64,000 bases of DNA, from contig NW_024704743.1 in NCBI RefSeq assembly GCF_018977255.1, positions 22,446,001 through 22,510,000 on the forward strand, written 5' to 3'. Below the pieces are notes generated by a model, which was not told the origin of the DNA, searched no databases, and saw only the letters and a list, made by a program, of their open reading frames with translations. Source of the DNA: Callorhinchus milii (Eukaryota). The number at the start of each line of letters is the position of its first letter. Position 1 is the first letter of the stretch. Of the stretch, positions 25,545-36,210 are shown piece after piece. A program made the translations under genes and the position numbers.

Positions 25545-26195
25545 CAACAAGATTCCATTTATTGAGCGCCTTTCATGTCGGGAGGACGTCCCAAGGCGCT
25601 GTACAGTTGGGTCAGGACCCGAGCAGGGGGGAAATGGTCAGGGTGAGGGGAGGGAAGGGAGCAAGTTGGGGGGAAATGGTCAAGGTGAGGCGAGGGAAGG
25701 GAGGGAGCGAGGAGGGGGTAGAGAGTCGAGAGGGGAGCTGAAGGCTCGGTCAAAGAGAAAGGTCTTGAGACCGGCCTTGAAGGAGGAAAGGGAGGAGGCG
25801 GCGAAGGCACTGAGGGATGGAGTTCCAGAGCCTCGGGGCTGAGAGGCTGAAGGCCCGGCCACCGATGGTAGGGCAGTTGGGGTGGGGGATGTGGAGCAGA
25901 TCGTAGCCAGAGGAACGGAGGGTATGGCAGGTAAGTAACCATGAAGTGAGTGATCAATTTTATTTGGGGAGTTGTTGGAGAGGACCCTTCTCTTTTCAAA
26001 TAGTGCCCTGGGATCTTTAATTTATTAAAGGTAACTAGTTTAAAATTTTGTCTGAAGGATGGCACCTCCAACCAAGCAGCACACCCCCAGCACTGCAATG
26101 GAGTGTCACCTTAGAAGATATGAGTTTAAAGGCTTAACGTGGGGCTGGAACGCACAAACTTCTGACTCGTAGGTGAGTGTCACCGACTGAGACGA
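25545..26195 (-). mobile_element. L2 3' end (25545-25930) inserted within a Deu-SINE (25395-25545 plus 25930-26195)
   Basis: LWNSIPQ..FKAGLKTFLF and L2 tail. Deu-SINE body resumes at aaccatgaagtgagtga after the L2. Confidence 0.75.
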
Positions 26196-27487
26196 CCTGA
26201 TGCATATAAAGAATCAAGTTACTATCACCTGAATGCTTTCTTTCAGAATATCAAATGCACAAACTGGTGTAGCTGAAGTTGTTTCTTATGCTGCTGATTG
26301 ATATGTTGCACTTTACAGAGCACGTTTTGTGATGCGTGGAACTTTCCAAACTCCTTTGCATTGACGGTAGTTGAAATCTGAAAGTGAGCCTGGATATTCC
26401 AGTTTGTTTCTTCCTGTTTTTATTTCTCAGCTCTTTAAGGTGCTGGGATACAGTTTTTTGTCAACATTAGATATTTTTGGTGTGTGAAGCTTGTTAGTGG
26501 GTAATTGATTGTGAACCAGTCGTGGAAGTAGGACAGCTCAGGTGTGGATCCCTGACTGTCCAGCGCCTTGGGACGTCCTCCTGATGTGAAAGACCCTATA
26601 CAAATGTAAGTTGTTGTTGTTGTTTGACAGTGTTTCCCTTCCCAATTGCAGTGCTGCCTTAGTACTGCCCTGGAAGAGATCAGCCCCCATAGAATAGCTT
26701 CCAAGTGTGCACAGTCTGTATAAGCAGGTTCTCTGTTGGTTATTCTTTAGCTTTAACTCGTAGAAACATAGAAAAAAGTAAATCTACAGCATAGAAGGAT
26801 TTGGCTCATTGAGTCCACAGCGGCTCACAGAGCGCATGTCTTGTAATGTCCTTGATTTCGTAGAAGGTGGCCTGATCGAGTCCATCCCGTTATTATAATT
26901 ATTCATTTCAAATATTTCTTTGCTGGAAACTGAACTGTCACTTATCTCTGATATTGCTTTGGAACTCAATACAGGTGATGCATAAAAGGCTCTGGGTGAT
27001 TTAGCATAGAAGACAAGAAAGGCCAATCAAGCCAATTTCTTCCACAGAATAGGATTAATTTGCTTTACCAGGGGCTTAATCTGACAACTCTAATATCTTG
27101 AGGGTAAAAAAGGGAATTAAGTGAAGAATGTCCATCTCTAGCCCTTCATTATTTGATTGAATAATGAAACTGTGGCCGAACTGAAGCTTTCCATGCTCCT
27201 AGTAGCCCAGCCAAATCCTGCACCATGCAGAATTTTTCCCATTTTAGGTTAAATTTTTTGATATTTTTTTTCTCTCTCCACTTAATGTGGGAACGTAACT
27301 TGCTTTCATCGTTCTGTGATCTTAGCTGATGTAAAATAAGCAAGAATTTTATGGCGAGGATTTAGTTCTGCATTTGTACTCTTAAGACAAACAATAGCTG
27401 TAATTCCTTTTCCTCTTTGAAGACTAATGGATGCTTCAACGTCCCTTTGAAGGTAGCAGGCCCAAAATGACATCCAGTATCCTAAAC

Positions 27488-27625
27488 AAAAGGCAAAATA
27501 CTGCAGGTGCTGGAAATCTGAAACAAAAACAAAAGTCACTGGGAACACTCAGCAGGTCAGGCAGCATCTATGGAGAAAGGAAAGTGAGTCAACATTTCGG
27601 GTCCACGACACTTTGTCAGAACTGG
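27488..27625 (-). mobile_element. Penelope terminal repeat with hammerhead-like motif
   Basis: Same unit as 6185-6320 in reverse orientation. Confidence 0.8.
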
Positions 27626-27729
27626 GGCATGTTGGGAGGGAGGGGCTTTTAAGGGCTTACAGAGATGGGGGAAACAGGGCAAGGAAGGCAAAGGAGGAAA
27701 TGGAGTAGAGGAGAGGGGATGATGGATTA

Positions 27730-28123
27730 AAGAGGTGTTAAAGATCCTGGTCCTCACCTCAAAGCCCTCCACAGCCTCGCTCCTCTCTAATACTGTGACC
27801 TCCTAACCCCCTACCAACCTGTCCGCCTCTGGCCTGCTTCAGGTCCCCGCCTTGCCCGCCCCACCATTAGCGGGCGGACCTTCAGACTCTCTGGCCCAAC
27901 CTCTGGAACTCCATCCCACAGTCCCTCCACCTCACCCCCTCCCTTGCTTCCTTCAAGACCCATCTCAAGACCCTCCTCTTTAATCACCCACCCACCTCTA
28001 CCCTCCACGCCCTCCACCCCTCCTGATCCCAACCACCAGCTCGGGTGCAGATCCCTGACTTCCAGCGCCTTGGGACGTCCTCCTGACGTGAAAGGCGCTA
28101 TACAAATGTAATTTGTTGTTGTC
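27730..28123 (+). mobile_element. L2 LINE 3' end with intact terminal stem-loop and (GTT)n tail
   Basis: KILVLTSKALHSLAP...TISGRTF..LWNSIPQ. AGCGCCTT-gggACGTC-ctcct-GACGT-gaAAGGCGCT at 28064-28099. Confidence 0.9.
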
Positions 28124-28451
28124 ATACATGGAGATTTAGCAAATGAGAAGTATATTCCTGGGTTAGGATTATTTTACTTGTTCTTTGAAAATAATTTGGT
28201 CTCCACATACAGAGTTCACTCCCAGTCTTCCTGCTGACGCTTTCTTGCCTACTCATGTTAGTTATTCTGTTAAAATTTGTTTTGCATATGTTTATGCTCT
28301 CCAGTTCCTACTTGCTGTGTCTTGTGGCTTAACAAGGCCTTGTATTAAGATAACTGGGACGACGACCCTAACAAGGGGTTTTGTCTTATTTGATCTCATT
28401 CTCCCAGATTACCAACCGTGGAGTCTTCCCATTGCAGCATTAAACTATGTG

Positions 28452-28932
28452 CAGTCCTATAGCTCAGTGGTTAGAGTATTTGCCTTGGAAGTGAGAGACC
28501 TGAGTTCAATTCCAGGCAGGGCGAAACCTTGGGCAAGTTTCCTTACTCCACACGCCTAATAATAATCCCTCCGAAACCAAAAACAATAATAAATTGGTCA
28601 TTTTCAATCCATGACTTTGTGGGACATTGCTGTGCGCAATTGGCTTCCGCGTTCGCCCACAAATATACAGTCAATTCACTTTACAGTATATTCTGTGAAG
28701 CACTTTGGGACGTCTAGAAGACGTGAAAAGTGCTATATCAAATGCAAGGATTATTATTATAATAATAAAATTGGTCATTTTCAATCCACGACTGTTTGTG
28801 GGACACTGCTGTGCGCAATTGGCTGCCGCGTTTCGCCCACAAGTATCGTCAATTCACTTTACAGTATATTCTGTGAAGCGCTTTGAGACATCTAGAAAAC
28901 GTGAAAAGTGCTATATCAAATGCTATTATTAT
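28452..28932 (+). mobile_element. SINE family A short form with tandemly repeated 3' half
   Basis: Head at 28452. The 3' half (aattggtcattttcaatcc...tatcaaatgc) occurs at 28592-28760 and again at 28769-28932. Confidence 0.9.
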
Positions 28933-30349
28933 ATCTGATGTTAAATGTTTAAAGAATAGTGTCACAAAAGTTTTTTTGATGATATATTGAATGTAAAGAT
29001 TGAACTCTGTTCAGGCAAAGTTTGGGGACAAACCTCTCTGCAACAGAAGTATCAGCTTCTATTCAATTGAATATTTAGGCTCGTCCTTAATCCTTCTGGA
29101 ATATATACACTTCTGACATCTTGACGTGACACTGACTAACTGTATCTAATACAGAGGAGCTAAAAATGTTTCATTAAGCTGAAATTTGTAAGAATAGTAG
29201 ATTTTTTTTATTTTTGTAGGGCAGGACTCATTTGGGGAAAACCTCTCTCTGCAGCAGAATAATTAGATTCTGTTCAATTGAATATTTAAGCTAGCCCTCA
29301 GTCCTCCTGGAATTTATACATATATTTTTATTGGCAGATAACAAGTATATTGCATTTACTTTCAGGCAGTGTAGCCCTTTACGTTCCAGAACATTAATTT
29401 AAACAGTATTGGGAACAGGATGCTTGTGTGGGGGGATATAGCCTTGTACAGTATCTGCAAAACCCTGAGCCCTTCTTGAGACCCAAATTAAAACAGCAGA
29501 TCTGGCAAAAAAAATGGGTGAACATTCTTGATTATTTAACTATACTTTTGTAGCTGATTATAAGTTTTGTGATGTGTAGTGTTACAGTAGAAAATAGTAA
29601 GTAGATTATTATGAGATGCTGTGCTGCACTTGAGCTTTTATAGCTGTACAGACAGTGAGGATGCTCTGGGTGATAATAAGGCAAATGTTTGTTGTATGCA
29701 GTATTTTAAATTAATTGTTAAATCATATTTGAGGTTTCATTTTTCAAAGAATATTTAGGCAGGTCCTTAGTCCTCTCTTTTTCAAAGAAATCTTGCTCTA
29801 TTATAATTACAGCTTCTGAATGATGGTCCATTTTGCCAAACGTATTTAAAAATCTAAATAGTGTAAAGCAAAAAATTAGAGTGAAAATTAAATTTTTTAA
29901 AAAAAAGCCAAACTTCAGGACACAAAATACAAGGAGATGCTTAGAAAAAAGCACAACTTGCACTTACATAGAGCCTTTCATTTATAATTTGTAATGTCCT
30001 GGTGAGGATAGGCTTGCAAAGCCTGGTATGGTTACAAAAATAGTGTCACTGCAGTATTACATAATATCTTGTGAAGGAAGAGCTTTGAGATGTCCTTGAT
30101 TTTATAGGCCCTGTATTAAATATAAGTATTATGTAAAAGGCTGTGGAGCCGTGGGCCTTGTGGATGGTTGCACTGTGAATGCTGACAAGACAGGCATTGT
30201 AAGATGACAAGGGTGTTTATGAGGGTTTTGTTCTACTTTGGGGGAATGTTAGGAATGAAACTGGACTTGGCCAAGGACCATATGAATGTCTTACAGAAGA
30301 TCTGAGGGTTGAAAATTCCAGGATTGTGCAAGAATGAGTAGTTGGGGAG

Positions 30350-30800
30350 GTTGATACGGTCGGTCAGATGCGTTGTGGCACTGATTGGAGCCATGCAGGT
30401 TGACTTCTTGACATTTCAGTTGAATGAAGGTGAGGTTCATCCGGGTCTTGATGTTTATCAGGGTCCTAGATTCCAAATTAGATGGAACAGTTGAGTTGCA
30501 TATCTTCTGTATACATTTGAAAGTGAACCCTGTTTGAGCATGTCACCAAGGAGAATATGTCGACAAGGAAAATGACAGGGCTAAGGACAGAGCCCTGAGT
30601 GTGACCATGCAGAGACATAGTGAAGACATTGGGGCAGGTAAATGGTCCAGTGGAGGAAGATGATGGAGAAGGATGTAGTGGAAGACTGTCAAAGGTACAG
30701 AGAGTAACCTCTGGTTGCAGACTGAGGATGTCATTGGTAATTTCGACTGAGTCCATCTCAATATTGTGTGCTGGTGGAATCAAGATTGGAGATCATCATA
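30350..30800 (-). mobile_element. Old L2 RT fragment
   Basis: Minus strand QGSVLSPVIFLVDI...FQMYTEDMQL. Confidence 0.7.
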
Positions 30801-31714
30801 CAGAGTGAGGGAGTTAGGAGTTTGCATGTGTGATCTGAATGGCCTGTGAGGATAATGTGAAAAACAGATTATTTTAGAGGAAAGAGAAAATTAACTGCTC
30901 CCACTTCTAGACTTTGGGTCAATTACACATCATTATAATTACAATGAAACCTGTCTTCCAACAGCCTCTCAGGGGACTGGGCCAAAGTGGCCTTTATATA
31001 AGTTTGGTCTCCGAGTAAAGGCTTGTTGGTGTGTGACCGCATAATAAAGGGACTGTTCCAGGGTGGTTGTTAACTAAAAATTATGCAGTCAAACCGGTTC
31101 AATCGAGTTGAACTGGTTTGACTATAATTTTTAGTTCACAAGTTTGGTTCAGATGAAGAAGGCCTTTCGATCCATTTGAGCTCATCCTTCCAGAATACAC
31201 ACCCTACAATTTTCCCATCACAACATCAAGCTGTTTCTTAACAATAATAATTATTATTAACAGTACTGTGGGTAAGTAAATAATTTCATGGTCTCTGTCC
31301 TGTAATTGCCTTTTGCTACCCTGAACCTTTGTCCTCCCTTTCTGCCATGGCATATCTGAATATTATTTTCAATTTACATTTTCAATCTTCAGTTTACAAT
31401 CTTAAATATACCCTATAAAGACCCCTCTCAGATATTTTCAAGGCTCTCTTATACCTGTCTATTCCCTCTCCTTCATGTCTGCATGAAGTCTCTTATACCT
31501 GTCTATTCCTTCTATCTTCTATATCCCTCCCACACTCCCGTTGACTTCAACATCCAGCTTGGGTGCAAAACCCTTGAGTGTCCAGTGCCTTGGGATGTCT
31601 TCCCGATGTGGAAGATGCTATATAAATACAATTTGTAGTTGTCTACTTGGCATAGTTGGTGTACAAAATCAGTGGCTTCATATGCTCTTTCCACTTGTTG
31701 GTATGTCCAAAGAA

Positions 31715-32125
31715 AGGACATAAACTTGTATATGATAGCTTGATGCAGATCTGAAAGGAAGTTTAGGAAGAACCGCTTTATGCAGGGGATGTGAGAATGT
31801 GGAACTCCCTGCCAGGAACTGTGATTCAAGCAAAATGCCTCAATGTATTTAAAGGGAAACTTCATGCATACATGAAGGAGAGGGAATAGACAGGTATAAG
31901 AGAGACAATTAGAAATGTGGAGTATAATTTCTGGCACAGACTAGTTGGGCCAAATGGCCTATTTCTGTGTGGTATCATTTTGTGTATATTAGACAAGTGC
32001 ATACAGAAGAAACATATCCAAGCCTAAAGGGAAAGAGCAGGGAATTGGGGTTTAGAAGGAGCAAACATGGAAAACATGGGTCAGATGGCCTCCTGTTGTG
32101 CTGTACTTTTAAATGGTTCTATGAT
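31715..32125 (+). mobile_element. CR1-type LINE 3' fragments
   Basis: RKNRFMQG...MWNSLP..VI.A.....FKGKL motif and tgggccaaatggcct 3'UTR. Confidence 0.75.
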
Positions 32126-32671
32126 AGGCCATGAATTTTATCATCTCTTTTTCAGTCTTCCTCCTACTTTCATTCTCCATTGTTCTCACTCAGCATCTCC
32201 CACCTACTTCTACTGTAGTTTGTAGGGACAAGATTGCAATACTTCATCGTAGGGCACAAAGTTTGACTGACTAAGCTATATGAGGTGAAATGGCCAATCA
32301 CTTTCTTTGATCACGATCCTTTCTCTGAAAAACACCTAGTATTTTTTTTAAAAATGACTCAATACTCGGCTTCCTAGTAATAAGTAGCCAAATGCATACA
32401 GAAGAAGGGTATCAAAGGGTAAAGGGAAAGATCAGGGAATCGGGGTTTTGAATACCGGTAGGTTACTGTGCTAATATACCAAAGATGGATTTCTGTTGCA
32501 TGCTGCTATGGATGCAATTGTACAAATGTACTTAAGCTAGATTCTGGGTTTGCTGTGAAATATCTGATTGCGACTGATTGTAATTTATAAATGTGCTTTT
32601 CTAATTAACAATAATTGTTTTTAATCTTTTCTCTCCTGTTTTTATTTATGGATATTGGCCCTGTGACATAG

Positions 32672-32737
32672 TCATTTTGAACATATACAGGGTTATCTTA
32701 TGAAATATACCAACCTTGTGAGCGGATGGCAGTACCG
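32672..32737 (+). CDS. OSBPL10: Putative alternative cassette exon (66 nt, phase 2-2) encoding (S)HFEHIQGYLMKYTNLVSGWQY(R), an OSBPL11-type PH beta1-beta2 segment
   Basis: Acceptor TAG at 32669-32671 follows a pyrimidine tract and an AG-free zone (32541-32669). Donor CG|GTAGGT at 32737/32738. Length is a multiple of 3 and phases fit exon 1 and the 42179 exon. Peptide paralogous to the end of exon 1. Confidence 0.85.
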
Positions 32738-35700
32738 GTAGGTACATGCACAATATAATGACTGTTGATTGTCCTTCATGATCATGGCTTTCTGTCTTGA
32801 AGCTAGCTCCTTCATCTTTCATTTGCTACAATATATAGTATTTTATTCTATAGGTGGCATTACTGTAGAGATTATGAAATTAAATCTATGAGGCTGTAAA
32901 GCACTTACTCAGTTGATTTTTATGTGAAATGAGCCTTTTACATTTTATGCTTTCAAGATATAGGGATGTATGTGATAGACAGTGAGTTGTCTGCTTTATT
33001 CATTGTGTGGAAGGGGAATTTAGTTATGAAATCCTCAAGCTTTTGAATAAGTATCATTGGGCTCCTTGGGCCTTGCACTAAAAGCATCTAAGAGGAAAGA
33101 CTGACATGCTGTTCCCAGGCTTCTGCTAAGTCAGCCATTACTAAACACTTGAGAGTCCTTTGAATGATGTTTCTTCCATATACCAGTGTATGATTGAGAA
33201 CTTGGCACTGACCCACAGTTATACAGGTTTTTTTAAAAACTCTTAATAGACTATATAAAATAAACATTGGGGGTTCTTCCCCAAAATGGTTTTCAGATGA
33301 GATGCAAAGTACCAAAAAAAAATCATCGGCATTCATTTATCCATATTTTCAAGTATGTGTTCGGTTTAATATTTGGGAAGAAGAGTGACTTCCAAGTGGG
33401 TGTAATATGGAGGTATTGTGCAGCTCAACACACTCAACAACAACTTGCATTTATTTAATGCTCTTCACGCGGGGCAGCACCTCGGTGCGCTTCAGGGACT
33501 GGCATTATGTTTTGGCCCTAAAGAAAAATGACCAATTTATATCTTGGGGATTGTCCTCTTTTTAAATAGTCTCATGGAATCTTTATCATCCACCTGAACA
33601 GGCAGATGAGACCTTGATTTAACGCCCTGCCTAGTAGTTACAGACCTGAAAGGAACAGATACCTTAACACTTTAACGCTTTAACACTTTCCCACTTCCTT
33701 TCATTCTTTCTGGTGTGTGGCACTTGGAACCCTGAAAATGAAGGACAGTAACTCTGACAGTGCAGGTCCAGCCTAGACCGAGATGAAAGACCCAATGTGG
33801 GGCTTGAGCACACTCTTCTGAGTCTGAGGTGCAAGTACTACTAGCTGAGCCAGTCTGACACCAGGAATGCGTGAAACTGGCATCCGATGACTCATTCCAG
33901 CCCCTTGGAGAAGGAAGGCAGATTGGAGTTGGGTCAATAGCTGGAAAGCGTGGAAGGGTTGGGTGAGGAATTCTTGACAAGGTGCGTGATGATGGGAGGC
34001 ACTGTGCCAATGAATAGGGAGAGAGTGATGTCAGCCAGCAGGAGAGTGAGGAGGGGAAACTGGGCGGCTAGGAATGGTGTGTGGATGGGGTTCAAGGGAG
34101 CAGGTGGTTGGTTTCATGTGAGAGTTGAAGAAAAGCTCAGTGGAGGCCAGGGTGGCGAGTGGCAGAGGAGGTGGCAAAGGCAGCTGAGCGAATCTGCTTG
34201 AATACCTCGATAGTTTTCAGGCCTCAAATGTTTTTCATGAAAAATGTCGGGGTGAGTCACGCTCAGCTATAATTGTATACCTTCTCACACTGTAGTCAGT
34301 TACAGACCTGAAAGGAGCAGCTTACCTCCCTTCCCCACTTCCCTTCATTCTTACTGGGGTGTGGCATGTGGAACCCTGAAAAATAAGGAAGGCAAAAAAA
34401 AATTACTTGTGAGATCAAATGGGATTGTGCATTGTATTTGCTGCAGAGAACTACTTATGGTTCAACAATAATTGATAGTCTTACCCTAAGGATGATGTAG
34501 GGAATAAAAATTCTCAGTGACACAGTTGGGTGGTAATCTAAAGTAAATTACCGCAGTGGCTTGGATATGCAAATTGTACTTAAATTTTACTCTTGAAGTA
34601 CAATTTGCATATGCAAACAATGTGAGGTTTTTATCCAGTTGAACAGAACTGACTTTGTTCCTTCTAGTTCCATATTGCCTTCAATTCTGAATCCATAACA
34701 TCACAAGATTTTGTTGTGGAACTATTTAAATGTCTAGAATGCTAAGTGACCTTTGTTGAATTTGCACATTTTATCACACTTCTACTAAACATAATATTGG
34801 GATCAATTAAATAAAAAATTGGCTCACTCAATCCATGGCTGTTGTGGGACACTGCCATGCAGTTGCTGCCGCGTTTCGCCCACAAAATATACAGTCAATT
34901 CACTTTATACAGCTGACTTTAAAGATCCCATGGCATAATTCGGAAATAGAAGGGAGTTCCTCCCGGTTGTCCTGACAATCCTGACAAGTGCTGTGAAACA
35001 CTTTGCGACGTCTTGAAGTTGAGATAAGCGCTAAATCAAATGCAAGGATTATTATATTAAAATGTAATAGTACATTAAAATTTGGTCCATTAAATATACC
35101 CAGATTTGTGTGTGGTCCAAGATTTCAAGCTGCAAGTTGTGAATTAATGACTGGTTGGATTTTGCCATTGAGATCAGATTCAAGGGAGGAGAAGCCTATG
35201 TTTTGAATGTACTGCTAAATTGTCCCCATTGTTTCTCATTAGACGGTGTTCATTTAAATGTCAAATGGATTGAAAAATGTAGCTGCATATGTTAATGAAC
35301 CATCAAATGCTGATTTGCGACCTTCAATAGTTGAAGGCCATATTTCAGATAAATGAATGAGTGACTTTGTTTCCGTAGACGTTAGATCTTCAAGCAAGAA
35401 GCATGGTGTCTACTTTGTTTTGCATGTATGATCACTAAGTTAAGGTTCATGCAAAACACTCATGTTGTTGCCACATGGTTACTTGGCTATATAGAGCCAA
35501 TCATGTGATACTTTTATTGCATGAAGGAATAATTGGGATGTCTATTTTCAAAACTTTGTTCATATTTAGTTTTGAGGCTGAATTTCAGACAGGTAAGATT
35601 GGGAAAGTTGGTGGAATTTGAAGCAATCTTGTGGCATCAAACTATGTGTGCTATGGCTCATTTGGCCCGTCATGCTTGTGCTTAGAGTTGCTTTGGGTGG

Positions 35701-35929
35701 ATGTGCCTGTCCTTTCTTAAAATACTGTAATTTTCTTTTCCTTGCCTCCTCATTTTGCCTCAGGTGGATCAGATGAGATGTGGGGATTGAGAGAGCAGAG
35801 ATTATTTTCTTGTTGTTGTTACTGCTGGAATGTACTTATTATAACATAAAAGTTGCTGATTATACCAAAGATTGTGGGAAAGTGAATGGTATAAGAAGGA
35901 TAAAAAGCATTCAGAAGATTTTTGGGTAA

Positions 35930-36210
35930 GGCGTTAAACTGAGGTCCCGCCTACATGTCCGGCTGACGTTAAAGATCCCATGACATTATTCGAAAATAGA
36001 AGGGAGTTTCTCCCGGTTGCCCTGACAATCCCTTGAATAAAATTGGTTATTCACTCCATAGCTGTTTATGGGAAATGTACAAATTAACTATCACATTCAC
36101 CCTGAAATGCACATTGTCACATCACTTTGCAGTAAATCTTGTGAAGCACTTTTGAGGCTTCTCGATGTCGTGGTAAGGCACTATATGAAATGCAAACATT
36201 AGTATTATTT
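35930..36210 (+). mobile_element. Deu-domain SINE 3' two-thirds
   Basis: gcgttaaactgaggtccc...ttaaagatcccatgacattattcgaaaatagaagggagtttctcccggttgccctgac. Confidence 0.75.

Noticed and set aside
32672..32737. Interpreting the whole gene as OSBPL11, or the cassette as a processed-pseudogene fragment
   Set aside because: Exons 1, 3 and 4 are ORP10-type. The cassette similarity stops exactly at GT/AG boundaries in the right phase and does not run on into the next exon's sequence as a retrocopy would.
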